A DNA stretch of 40,964 nt from Macrostomum lignano (GCA_002269645.1 NIVC01004598.1:1-40964); one strand, 5' to 3'; counted from the first letter of the stretch, positions 1 to 12,600 are shown. Numbers and translations are program-made. Notes: generated by a model not told the origin, from the letters alone.

Positions 1-390
1 TGGACGACATAGCGCGGCGCAGGGTGCTTGCCTGGGGCGCATTTCGCACCGTGCGGACTGTCCCCGCGTTGCCGATCGGCTGAGAGGACGGCTGTTCCAG
101 GCAGTCATAGAAACCGTCCTTCTTTACAATGCTGAAACGCTGACCGGCTCGCAGGAGCGGTAACTCGAGGCCGCTCACGCTGGACTTCTACGAGCCGCCT
201 ACAGTGTCCACTACTCGCCGACCGCCACCAAAAACACCAGCAATGACGAGCTTTACCGTCGGGCCCAGCTCTCCGACCCAGCCAGCTGCTGCGCATCCAG
301 CACCTACAGCTGGCCGGTCGATAGACCGGTCGACGTCGATAGACCGGGAACGTCGGATTGCTGTACGGGCCTCCTTACAGAGCTTTTAGT
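1..390 (+). mobile_element. Degenerate RTE-like non-LTR retrotransposon fragment (RT thumb/C-terminal region), cut by window edge
   Basis: Translation across frameshifts and stops gives DDIARRRVLAWGAF...LFQAVIETVL..YNAET..., AAHAGLLRAAY, SNDELYRR and QLLRIQHLQLAG. These match the RTE-clade post-RT pattern (R...AW.AF; RLF.A.V.SVLLY..ETW; TN.ELY; RRL..AGH). Confidence 0.65.
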
Positions 391-1576
391 GTATAGAGTG
401 ACAGAAATATCCGTACTACTAAAAGCTTATATAATGCACTCTTCCATATTCTCTTCATCTTCCGAGTGAACCTCATACCTTAGTCACATAACCGACTGCT
501 GGGGCGTCGCCACCGGGGAGACAGGAGAACATGTCCCCCCCCCCCACCCCCAGTGAAATTAATTTGTTTCAAGGCGCCAAAATGCGAGTGCCTGAGGTCC
601 TACAACGTACATGCAGTGTATATGTAGCCAAAACGATCAAGTGCCTGTGGTAATATGTCGGCATTTAGTCGTACATGTACATGTAGAGTCCTTCCCCCCA
701 GCTACCATAAAATTGATATAATAACCGAGATTCTGAGCAAATTTCTAACTGAATAATTAATGATGCTGAGCTGTGTTTTTAAGATAGTTAACTGTAAATA
801 CAAGCTATATATGTACACCTCCAAGAAATTAAAACTCCCAAGCGCAACTGACATTTTACTATGATGCGGATAATAGGTGGTTCTACTGTTTAACTAAATG
901 CGGTCTACAGTCGCAAAAAACACGATAATTAAAAAATCACAAGCACGTATTTACGTGCATGTATGCGTAGGTTATGCCAATTAATAAAAAAGTGCAAAAT
1001 ACGCGTCAGTCAGTTAATTATAGACATCTTTGCTCTAAGAATTTGCGGCTGCTAATTTAATTAATATAGGCTCAGACAATGCAGTTTCAATAAAAGCTTA
1101 AAAAATTCGTGGAACCAAAGCCAGCTGTCAAATGTCAACTGCTGGCTCCCGAATGAACTTCTCTACCAAATTGCATTTGTGTAGCTGGCCAGTTGTGTGC
1201 TACCAAGCGAATCTCGAATCTTATAATGATTTTCTAATCGAATAGTATTGAAGAATGTCTGCTGCAGTAATTTACCGTTATCTGACACTGTCAAATTATA
1301 GGCTAACGGAAAATTGTCCGATTTCCAACGGAAGCAACTCTCGGCATTGATAAGCCTTGGCAATTGGAAAACTTGAGTATAAAACTCAAGCTGTAGAGAT
1401 TCCACGAAATAAAGTTATAATCCGAAACTTCTCCTATAAGCGAGAGCAAGAACTTCAGTCAGTAAAATCCTCTTTCTCGTGAGTAAAAACTCGTGGCTTT
1501 TTTGTTTCAATTTAGCTTTCCGACCAATTAGGCTCTCATAAAGATCTCAACCGCCTTTCAGACAATAACAGACAAA

Positions 1577-1840
1577 ATGCGTTTCTCCCTGATGCTCCTG
1601 GCTCTTCTGGTCGCCGTTGCCAAGGCCGACGTTCAGTTTGCCGCGGACAATGACGCCACTATTGACTACGACTTCAACTGCATGACTCTGACTCAGGAGA
1701 GTCGCCAGTGCCTCACCGAGCTGCTGATGGAGGGCCGATGCAACGCCGAGCAGCTGGGCACCGCGGCCAAGATTGCCAACTGTCTGGTGTCCGGATGCGG
1801 CGGCTCAGCCTCCGAGTACCAGAGGTGCATCGAGGTCTAA
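1577..1840 (+). CDS. Single-exon 87-aa secreted cysteine-rich miniprotein (signal peptide plus 6 Cys), family not recognised
   Basis: GC-rich ORF in AT-rich flanks with start context AAA-ATG-C. Hydrophobic signal peptide MRFSLMLLALLVAVAKA. Cys at 35/45/55/69/74/84. AATAAA at 1976-1981 followed by a T/GT-rich tract. Confidence 0.8.
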   Translation: MRFSLMLLALLVAVAKADVQFAADNDATIDYDFNCMTLTQESRQCLTELLMEGRCNAEQLGTAAKIANCLVSGCGGSASEYQRCIEV

Positions 1841-1975
1841 GACTGGCATTGAATGATCGTTAATATCCGATTTATCAAATGAAGCTGGATGAAAGTACAC
1901 ACACAAGAAGAAATATACGCGAGCTTGTTGCAGTTGTCCCCGGGTCTTTTGGGGGCGTAGAAATTGTTGAATAGA

Positions 1976-1981
1976 AATAAA
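1976..1981 (+). terminator. Polyadenylation signal of the miniprotein gene
   Basis: AATAAA about 135 nt after the stop, with a GT/T-rich element at about 2018-2040. Confidence 0.55.
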
Positions 1982-2173
1982 ACAAGTATGCGTGACTGCC
2001 CGGTCTGGGCAATCGGGTTGTTTCTTTTTGATTCTGGTTATTCTGTAAAAGGATTACTGGTTTGATTTGGTAGTTCGGTCACCAGGCTTCCCGACAATTC
2101 CCAATCCTATAGCTAGTTACTTGGATAATTGAATAAAGAACGAAGACAGGAATCCAAAAAAACAAAATGTGTT

Positions 2174-3688
2174 GACTTAGCTGCAGGGCGCTCCGTGAGT
2201 CCGAAAACAGCGTTGCCGCCCATTTCGATAACCCCTGGCGACCACGGGCAGCTGGTGCTGCGGTGTCGCGCAGGGAGTACTGGTTGTTGTTGTTTTTAAC
2301 CCTCGCCAGGGTCGCGCTGGACAGGCAGCGACAGGAACTCAGCGACTTCAACAGGGTTGCGCCACAGGTCAGAAGGCACCAACTCGGTGGGGTGAGTCGG
2401 GCAATTAAAAGATGCAGGCAATCATGCGTGGCCGCGTCGCACTCAGGACAGCTTGGAGGCGTCTCAGGATTCAACCGGTGCTGGTAACTACGTAGCATAG
2501 GACTGAAGCCAGAGCGCAGTTGGGCGAGCAGAGAGCGGGTCCGACGCGGCAAGGAACGCTCGGAATCGCAGACGTCGGGGCGAAGGCCGACGACGCGGTT
2601 AGGAGGTAGGCCGTCGATGTGATTGAGCACGATGAGCGAGTGTTGAGCTCGCCTCGCCCTGTCCCAGGCTGCCGCGTCGTCGAGGACCGCCGGGGCTTCG
2701 ACTGGCTGCCAGGAATCGTCAAAGAATGGTGCGGTAAAAATGGACGGCTTCATGCGCCGGCGCGGGGCCGGGCAGGCGAAAAGGTGGTAGCAGGGGTGCT
2801 CAGGACGGCGAGAAGCCAGGAGGAACTGGAGAGACAGGAGCCTGTTGTGCTGCTGGACCGGGAGCATCCGGGTCTCGCAGTGAAGGTCGGCAACAGAGGT
2901 ATTGACGGTGCAGCCGGTGATGCACCGAATGGCCGCGTTTTGGACCGACTGGAGCCCGTTCCAGGAGGTGGACGAGATGTCAGGTCCCCAAACAGGAGCA
3001 GCGTAGTTGAGGATGCTGCGCGAAATGGCCTTGTAGGTGTTGAGCAGCAGCTCCTTGCAGCTGCCCCAACTGCTACCCGCCAAGCAGCGGAGGACGCTGT
3101 TACGTTTGTGGGCCTTCTCGATAGTGGCCTTGACGTGATGGCTGAACGTCATCTTCGGATCAAAGATCACGCCCAGGATCTATCGAGGCCTATTGGAGAG
3201 TCTCCAATATGGTCCGCTTTCGTCCCGCGAGAATCGTAGGGCAAGTGGAGACGACTCCGACACCTGTCGGTGCAAATGGACCATGCTCTCTCTACCCGGG
3301 ATCGCGCTCTTCGCGCTGCGCCATACCTCAGGGAGTACTGGTTGTGCCGGTGTCCGCAGCACGGCCGGCCACCTCCTGGAGAGTCCAGGAGGTGGATTGT
3401 CGCTCGCCCGGTAGCCCTTAGGTAGCGAACGAGCTGGTAGAGATTCTCGGGCCTGAAAACGTCGGAGAGGTCCGGGTTTGGGCCGAGGTAGGTGAGCCTG
3501 TCCTGAGTAAAGGCGGGGCATTCACAGATGAAGTGCTCCGCATTCTCAACACCGGAGAGGCAGAATGGGCATTTCTCACTGCGGATTTTTCCCTGGAGGT
3601 AAAGATGCCTGGCAAAACAGCCATGACCCGAGAGGGCCATGGTCACTGCCCTGATGTCCCTGCGGCAGGGCCCTGCGCAGGGCGGAGG
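2174..3688 (-). mobile_element. Outer 5'-truncated non-LTR retrotransposon (R1/LOA-like C-terminal zinc finger plus 3' UTR), interrupted by an inner LINE
   Basis: ORF text LSGHGCFARHL...CPFC...ENAEHFICECPAF...R...LG...YLRATGR is an I/R1/LOA-group CCHC terminus. Flanked by a 14-bp direct repeat AAACAAAATGTGTT at 2160-2173 and 3689-3702. The clade call is tentative. Confidence 0.75.
2288..3328 (-). mobile_element. Inner 5'-truncated Ingi/Vingi-like non-LTR retrotransposon (RT C-terminus plus zinc finger), disrupted
   Basis: ILGVIFDPKMTF..HV...LRCLAGSSWG..KELLLNTYKAI.RS.LNYAAPVW...LQSVQNAA.RCITGC...LAQLRSGFS...CPEC...H..HL, then after a frameshift NCPTHPTEL.PSDLW.NP.EVAEFL. Stop at 2296-2298 followed directly by an A/(AAC)n tail. 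17-bp TSD CAGGGAGTACTGGTTGT at 2271-2287 and 3329-3345. No RNase H domain seen. Confidence 0.85.
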
Positions 3689-5062
3689 AAACAAAATGTG
3701 TTAATAATAATTGTTTATTTCGATGCAAAGGTGTTATTTTTATTTTCTTAATTTCTCTTAGTATCTTAATTTCCTTAGAATTTTAATGAGTGCCCAAATA
3801 CCTCGGTTGTTGAGACAAGAATACTCCTTGTGCAATTTAACCTACATTTGTACCTTTTACTAACTTCCTTTTTACATTCTGATTTTTAAAATAGACCACT
3901 ATTACTACTAGCTAGAATAACTAGTCTATCTAGGAGCTAGTATCTGTGTAGTAATCGATAGCTTTATTGCAGAGACAATCAATTGAAGCAACATGTACGC
4001 ATAATGCTTTAGTTGCCGGCATCATCTCTCCGACTCTGAACAATGATGGGAAAGTAAAAAAAACTGGCCTCTCTAGAAGTGCTAAACAGTTGAAGTAAAG
4101 TAAGTACATCAGCGAGGCATAAAACAGCATTATGTTTGTTTTTTATCGTATTGAATTATAAATTTAATCTATGTACATGTAAATGATGATTAAAAGGCAA
4201 AATTTAAATTTGTTTTCCAGCTGTCAGGGATCTTGCAAATTTTCATTTGACACCGGCACGTTTGTCACTGGCCTTCACCCAGGCGGAGCTTGATCTGGGC
4301 CTTCAACAGATGGCACAAAGCAATTCTATGGACACTCTGATGCAAATCTCTTGAGTTTCGCTGATCAAGCCTCGACAGTGGGCAAGCCTCCACTGCTGGA
4401 CATCGTCAGCTAGCTAGTCTCTCAAGCATTCAGTCACTACCCCGACGCCGTCGGCACCTTCAACAGATGACACCAGGCACCGGATGGTGCCCCTGTGCTG
4501 CTCCGTTCTGGCGCAGCAACCCCCCCCGCCCCTTGGTAGTTCTACTGTTAAAACAGTTTTAACGAGAAAAATTTTGGTCATTATAGTAAAAGTAAAAATA
4601 GTTATTGAAGCAACAGACAAGATAACTAAAAGTATATGAACATACACACTTAAACAAGAAACGGAAGCAAGCAAAGAAACAAAATAGACAATTAACAATT
4701 TAAAAGTAAAAAAGTGCAGAATTATTGAAATTATTAATAAAACATGCCGACGAAGCTGCTTATATTTTCTCAATTAAACTACTGCACGACTGTACAATCC
4801 TGAATTTAGCAAAGTAGACGATTCGGAAGGCATGTTAAAAATCTTAATAATAACCTGTGTTATTATTATCCAACTAAAACCATTTGCATCGTAGAAGTCT
4901 CCGCAACATCAAAGCTAAGAATTTGAATTGTAAATACATGAAATTTTTTGAAGTAGCTAGATCGGGATATTTATTGTAGAAATAGGAAGTATAAAAAATT
5001 CTTGGCTCAACCAAGACGTCTCTATATTCAGTCTCAGCCTACGCTTGGAAACTATTCAGATT

Positions 5063-6681
5063 CTAGCTGTGCTTCTGAGCTGCATTCTTCTTCCGGGTAG
5101 CAACTGGGGTTGACCTGCGGCTGTTCGGCTGCGATTGCTGCCTTCTTATGGAGGTTTGATGCCGCTCCTTGTCCGTTGTCATTTTGGGTGACCTCAATGT
5201 CGAAGAATCCGACATCGATGCTGTCGACGAAGTCAGACGCTCAAAAACAGACGCCGATCTGGATGTTGACAGTTTTGTTGCCGCTCTTGGCGACATCGGC
5301 GGCGGCGGCGTCGATTTCGGTAAGGTTGACTTGGCGGTTGGTCCACTTCCGGTTTGCTTGCTTCCGGTTGGGCTACTTCCGGTTTGCTTGCTTCCGGTTG
5401 GTTCACATCCAGTTTGCTTGCTTCCGGTTGGTCTACTTCCGGTTTGCTTGCTTCCGGTTGGTCTAATTCCGGTTTGCTTGCTTCCGGTTGGTCCACTTCC
5501 AGTTTGCTTGCTTCCGGTTGGTCTACCTCAGGTTTGCTTGCTTCCGGTTGGTCCACTTCCAGTTTGCTTGCTTTCGGTTGGTCCACTTTCGGTTTTATTG
5601 CTTCCAGTTGGTGCACTTCCGGTTTGCTTGCTTCCGGTTGGTCCACTTTTAGAAACATTGTTCGTTCCGCCGCGCCGCTGGAACAGCGAGTGCACGATGG
5701 TCTGCGGTACGCAACGCAAAGCGTCGCTGCTGTCCGATCCCGAAGATTTTCGATTGGCTACGGGCGACAGAGCGGCGCTGGCGGTGCCGGAAGTACCCGG
5801 CGTGTTTGTTGCCATAGGAACGCGGCTAACAACAAGTCGACCACCGGCACCGATGGAGGCGCGCAGCAGAGTCGGCGCCGGAGTCACCTGCAGCACCGGC
5901 AGCCTCGACGGTGGCGGCGGCGGCGAGCTCAGCAGGTAAAGGCCAAGCGCTTCATCGAATTTCAACTCAGCAACGCTCGGATCCTCGTTGAGAACGTCGA
6001 CAGGCCGAGCGGGACTCGGCGCCGCGGGACCGGCGGCTTGGCGGCAGCCGGCGGTCCCGGGCGGTGCCGATACGGGCGGACCGGCGCGCAGCTCCGGCCG
6101 GCGTCGAGCAACCATCGACAAGGGCGGCTCCGCGGACGGCGGCACGATTTCGACGACGGCCCGATCGACCTCTGGCTCCGGCGGAGGTGGCAGCGGCTGC
6201 GCTGACTCCGCCTGCAGGCGAATGCCGAGGATCCGAGCGTATAGTAGCTCGTGGGACGCCGACGCGGCTGCTACTACCGAGGAGCTGCGTCGCTGGCCCG
6301 CTGTTGGCGGCGGCTTCTGAGCGGTATCAGTGGCGGCGGCGTCAACTCCGCCGACGCCGAACGCCGTGCGTCGACGACGCCGTGTCGAACGACCTCCGGC
6401 GATGGTCGAGACGGCGAAATGGCGAAGGGCAGCCTCCAGCTCACAGGAGGACGTCGATGATGCTGCAGTTGACGCGGCCGAGGACGAAGACATGGAAGAG
6501 TTTTGATCAGTAAAGATGCCGCTGTCCACGGAAGCTAACGACGCCGCGTCATCAGCCGGCTGAGGCGGCAGAGTGGCTGCAGAGCCGCCGGTCTCAAAGT
6601 ACATGGAGACGCTCTGAACGTCGCGTAGCGAGGCGGTACCAGTGAGATTGTTTCGGCCGTTGCACGACGCTTTTCCGCTAC
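5063..6681 (-). CDS. Formin last coding exon (low-complexity tail), with in-frame TGA at 5528-5530
   Basis: Acceptor AAACAG|GT in phase 1. Frame open 6681-5531, one TGA, then open again to TAG at 5063-5065. Confidence 0.7.
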
Positions 6682-9600
6682 CTGTTTTTGGTAATTAAAG
6701 AATTCGGAGTTGTGAGCTTGATGCAAATACGAGGATTAGGGTCTCTGCTCTGGGAACAGGTGAAGGTCACGGGATTAGTGATCTACAGGACGTGAAGTGA
6801 TCTGGATTGAAGTCGTCGGAGATGGTGATCTAAAGAACATTTGGAGATCAGACTTGGTGATCTACAGAACTGTTACAGACGAACTTGCGATCTGCGGAAC
6901 TGGCTTTTTTAGCAGTGTCTTAATTACGATGTCTTTGCTGCCGTTGCAAGTTGTTCAGATAATTTGTCTGCTCCTGGTCCAAGTTGGTTAAGAAAGTAGA
7001 CAGAATGTTGAAGCAGTCGCCAAGCTGAAATGTGCCCCTCTCCTCGCAGAAGTACTCAGCCAGATTGATTCTCTCCTGATGCAGCGTGTCCAGCCTCTCC
7101 TGCGCCAGCTGCAGTTCGTGTCGCGATTTCTAAAAGTAGAATGACGTCGCATACGTCACGTGATTTATTGGATTAATCGGCCACGAAACGTCCCTATACA
7201 TGTACATGTAAGTCACGTGATCTATGAGGTCAGTGGGCGTTAGCCGCTGTGGCATTTTGCCGTAGTGCCAAAAACTGAGTGTACACTTCGTTTTAAGTTC
7301 ACGTGACATATTACGTCATAAAACTAGTACTTTTGAAAAGATATAAAGTCGCCAACCTGCAAAAATGGAGCCATGCTGTGCCGGAAATCCTCAGTGACCA
7401 GCCTCAGCTGAGTCTGCATCTGACCGATTCGGCCTAGAAAGCTGGCCACATCGCCGCTAATGACTTCTACGTTGATCCTGTGGGCCAATATAGCAAATAA
7501 TAAGAATGCATGCCCCTCTAGAATGCTACGAGCGTAGCTTTTTAACAAGCTTTTGAGTGTCGAGATCTTCAGCGTCAAAATTTGTGTTCGGAGCGCCGAA
7601 ATGAAAGTCAGGGGTCCGAGATGAGAGTCAGGGAGTGTCATGGAAGGCAATGAGAGTCAGAGATGGTAAAATGAGTGTCGTGGAGGGCAATGAAAGTCAG
7701 GGATGCCGAAATGAGTGTCATGGGGAGCAATGAGTCAGAGGTGCCGAAATGAGTGTCATGGGGAGCAATGAGTCAGAGATGCCGAAATGAGTGTCATGGG
7801 GAGCAATGAGTCAGGGATGCCGAAATGAGTGTCATGGGGAGCAATGAGTCAGGGATGCCGAAATGAGTGTCATGGGGAGCAATGAGTCAGAGATGCCGGA
7901 ATGAGTGTCATGTGGAGCAATGAGTCAGGGATGCCGAAATGAGTGTCATGGGGAGCAATGAGTCAGAGATGCCGAAATGAGTGTCATGGGGAGCAATGAG
8001 TCAGGGATGCCGAAATGAGTGTCATGGGGAGCAATGAGTCAGAGATGCCGAAATGAGTGTCATGGGGGGGGGCAGTGGGAGTCAGAGATGCCAAAATGAG
8101 TGTCAGGGGCCAATTCAGAGAGTCCAATGGGTCTGAAGTGTAGTGGCCGTCTCTAATACACGTAAACGCCCCACTGCCTCAAGTGAGTTTAAACTCGAAA
8201 TTAAAGGGATACATACAAGGAAACTATAAAAAATATCCTTACTTAACAGCTGACGAAAGATTTGGCATAGAAGACTTCAACTCGAGTAGGAATTCGTGAT
8301 TCTGCCTGACAACTGCCTGCAAGTTTGAGATTATAGTATACATGTATAATATTATTCTACTACCATGTCGTAATTAACCGACACGTCCGGTAGAATGCAC
8401 AAATGCATAATGCAGACAGTCTTCGGAAGAAGCAAATACGTAATTTTATGGTGAAATTTGACACCACGCAAGCTGAAATTTTGGGGGCATGAATGCGACG
8501 TATTAACTATTACGTATGGCAAACAATTAGGCGAGCGCACCTCGTATAGAAAGGTGAGAAGGCTCAACCGGCTGTTTGCCACCGCTTTGATGTCTCCTAG
8601 TTTTGTTAGACTGTGCAGCCGAAAGCCGGAGGCATTTCCGAGCTGAGCTGCGCCCTAAAACAATATTTAGTTATTATTAATATTAATTTATAACAAAAAA
8701 TTAGGCCAAAAAAACAAAAGTAAAATAAGGTATCTAATCTATCTAAACCGTATTAAACCTAATTAAATTCTTGACCAAAGTGAAATAAACTCAGAACTAA
8801 GTTTTGTTAAATTGAACAAAAGAAAACTCAGCTAACTAAACTTAAACTTAATTAAACTTAACTAATAACTATACAATCGGATAATTTCAAATAAAAAACC
8901 CAAAGAAAATTCCGAAGTAGACATATGAACAAAACTGATCTAAATTTAAATTATCTACATTTACTTAACGTTTTTAAATTAAAGCTAATTAAAATTATTA
9001 ATTATATGTCAACAAAAGATCTGAAAGATATTATGTTAAATTTACCACCAAACTACTCAAAAAAACTAAACCAGATAAAAACCTGATAAACCAGGTAAAA
9101 GAAACCAAACTGAGCCAACTAAACTTGATTAAAACAAATTTAAACACGTTAACTTACGGAATTCAGATAGTTACCGATCTTCAGTATCAGATGCAGTATA
9201 TCGCGTAGACTTTGAGAATGAAGAATATCTAAAATCAATGACCTTATCAAGTTAAATAAGTTCTTAACAAAATTATAGTGACAGTTGAAAAATAACAAAT
9301 AACAAACCTCTGCAGGTGTCGATCACGCTGTCAAGGTTGATCAGGACGTCATCCATTTGGGCTTGGTATTCCGCCCTGGTTAAAAGCATCTCCAGATGGC
9401 TGGCGAAACTGCGATTTTGTTTGTTGGGAATAATACTGCTACTACTACTATTACTAATACTAATAATGTTAATACGAGCGCGTAATAACAATAATAAAAT
9501 AATTGATTACACCTGCCCTAATGGCCAGATGTGCAACCGACAGCTCAGCCGCAGCTATTGCGCGGCGCATCTGAAGGCTGCGTACGGCTGTTCAGTCCAA

Positions 9601-12600
9601 GGACTGGGGGGTCGCCACACAGCCTCAATTACCCCAGCTAATGCTGGCACCCCATTTTACAGCTGGGTGAACTGAATTCAGCAATGCAGGAGTTTAAGTG
9701 TCTTGCTCAAAGTGACATTGTTTCAGTAGGATCTGGTATCGAACCCCCGACCTAGCTTAATTCTTGTTGGAAAGCTTCGATAGAAACTGTTGACTGACAC
9801 AAAGTATAAACAAAATAAAAATAATATTTTATTTGCATTGTACTAGAGATTCTCTAGATAGAAAACATACAAGCATTAGTAGACTAGAGATTAGAGACTA
9901 GAGATTAGATATTAGACAATAAAGCCTTGAGAATAGACTTAAAATTAGAGACTTGAGATTAGACTTGAGATTAAAGACTTGAGATTAGAGACTAGAGATC
10001 AGAAGCTAAGAGGTTAGACACTAAAGATCGGAGACTATAACTATAGAGGTTAACGACTAGAGATTATAGAAAAGTAAATGAAAGAGTTGAGAGTAAGATC
10101 TCAGAGTAGAAATAAGCAATTAAAACGAGACAGCTGACGTAAAGACACATCGAAAGTCTAGTAGAAAGGAAGGCCACAGTCATATCTAGCGGCGATGCTG
10201 TTTGGACAATAAAAACTGCTTTTACTGCCCACATCAGCTGTTTCTCGTTCAGCCTCTCGACGCTTAATTCCGGAAGCAGAACTTTACAATTCTGATCGAC
10301 ATAGCAAGTGTTCGCACTAAAATGTCAATCGCCATCGCGTTGAAGTCCCGCTGCACCGCCATACCACACTTGGGCATTGTCTCCAAGCTCGTAGACAGGT
10401 GGGGAGAGCTTCGCAAAGCAATAAATATTTATGGACCCAACGGGTTCAACCGACAAAGTTTTTGGGGAACTAGGTCGAATCAGGAATATTCGTTGGTTCT
10501 GCATCAATACGGTATAGGGCAAGAGTGCATCTTACAAAAGCAGCAAAGATATGCCTACATGGAATTGCATAGCCAGTGCTGTTGTACACAGACTTGGGTA
10601 AGGGGATGTCTGTACGGAGGGGTGCACATTGTCCTGGGCTGTGCGTACATACAGGTAGCTACTGGAACCGGGATTGAGGTTCTAGCTTGACATTTCTTGA
10701 TGAAACATCCTCTGGTAATTCAAGGCAAGTGTGCGCCGCCAACATAGCCACTGTGCTGGTTTGATTATTTAACATTATTCGGGGACAGAGTGAAATTTTG
10801 AATGGTTTAATGACAAAAGGACTACAACTAAAAGTTCGCAGAAACTTCATCAACTCCCACCTGTCACCCAACTCAGCATCATCAACTCCCACCTGTCACC
10901 CACCTCAGCATCCTCAACTCCCACCTGTCACCCACCCCAGCATCATCAACTCCCACCTGTCACCCACCTCAGCATCATCAACTCCCACCTGTCACCCAAC
11001 TCAGCATCATCAACTCCCACCTGTCACCCACCTCAGCATCCTCAACTCCCACCTGTCACCCACCTCAGCATCATCAACTCCCACCTGTCACCCACCTCAG
11101 CATCATCAACTCCCACCTGTCACCCACCTCAGCATCATCAACTCCCACCTGTCACCCAACTCAGCATCATCAACTCCCACCTGTCACCCACCTCAGCATC
11201 CTCAACTCCCACCTGTCACCCAACTCAGCATCATCAACTCCCACCTGTCACCCACCTCAGCATCCTCAACTCCCACCTGTCACCCAACTCAGCATCATCA
11301 ACTCCCACCTGTCACCCACCTCAGCATCATCAACTCCCACCTGTCACCCACCTCAGCATCCTCAACTCCCACCTGTCACCCACCTCAGCATCCTCAACTC
11401 CCACCGGTCACCCACCTCAGCATCATCAACTCCCACCTGTCACCCAGCTTAGCATCCTCAACTCCCACCTGTCACACACCTCAGCATCGTGTCAACTTTA
11501 CGAGGTGAAACAGCCGAGAAAACGCCACAGGTACTCACTGTTTATTCTGTGCCAACAGGTACACAAACTTTGAGGCCATATCCAATCGCTCTGGATCTCC
11601 ATGGTAACCAGTTATTCGGTCCAATTCGTTGCTGTCAGGCAAATTTTTCAGCAATTCCTTCAATTGATTGGCTGTCAGTTGATTGTCCGAATTCTCGTCC
11701 TGACTCCGGCTGCTTAGCAACCAGGTGACTGTGTGCTCTACTGGCTGACGGAACTGACGCAACAGTATGCTCAGGCTGAGGCACTTGCGCTGGTCTAGCA
11801 AAGAGATCTGCGGGTCGAGAGTGGATGATGTCACTTTAATCCAGCTCTAATCCAACTCTAATCCAACTCTAATCCAACTCTGATCCAACTCTAATCCAAC
11901 TCTAATCCAACTCTAATCCAACTGTAATCCAACTCTAATCCAACTCTAATCCAACTCTAATCCAACTCTAATCCAACTCTAATCCAACTCTAATCCAACT
12001 CTAATCCAACTGTAATCCAACTCTAATCTAACTCTAATCCAACTCTAATCCAACTCTAATCCAACTCTAATCCAACTCTAATCCAACTCTAATCCAACTG
12101 TAATCCAACTCTAATCTAACTCTAATCCAACTCTAATCCAACTCTAATCCAACTCTAATCCAACTCTAATCCAACTGTAATCCAACTCTAATACAACTCT
12201 AATCCAACTCTAATCCAACTCTAATCCAACTCTAATCCAACTCTAATCCAACTCTAATCCAACTCTAATACAGCTCTACCTTATCTGTTTTAGAAAATTA
12301 ACAAAAATCTGCAGCTCAGTAAAAAGTCAGATAAGCCAGGCAATCATCCCTACCAGGTAAAACAGCGCAAATGTTGCGCTAAACGCAGCGAAACCAGAAC
12401 CCAACCCAAACTGTAGAATTGTAAACGATGATTCATTCTGCGAGGCAAATACTACTTCTTGTTAGGGGATCTGAACCATTTCCCCCTCCTGGTAAGGTGA
12501 GATTTTCTGACGTTCTCCCTCTGCCTATCGAAGTACGTCTGACCCGAACTGCTGCACAACCTGCTGCAGTTCTGCGCAACAAGAAAAGTTCTGTCTGCTT

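Noticed and set aside
497-560. GGGGCGTCGCCACCGGGG...ACATGTCCCCCC resembling a DNA-transposon terminus
   Set aside because: I found no matching opposite terminus or TSD.
2619-3239. 206-aa plus-strand ORF
   Set aside because: Antisense shadow of the GC-rich LINE ORF.
4215-4535. GC-rich island after a TTCCAG acceptor-like site
   Set aside because: All frames I translated contain stops and show no recognisable motif. It may be a decayed TE or UTR.
5169-6513. Overlapping plus-strand ORFs
   Set aside because: Antisense shadows of the GC-rich formin exon and its repeat.
10322-10740. Possible SWIM-like motif (STGYAIPCRHIFAAF) on the - strand
   Set aside because: The upstream CxC is missing and the frame is short. 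At most a transposase relic.
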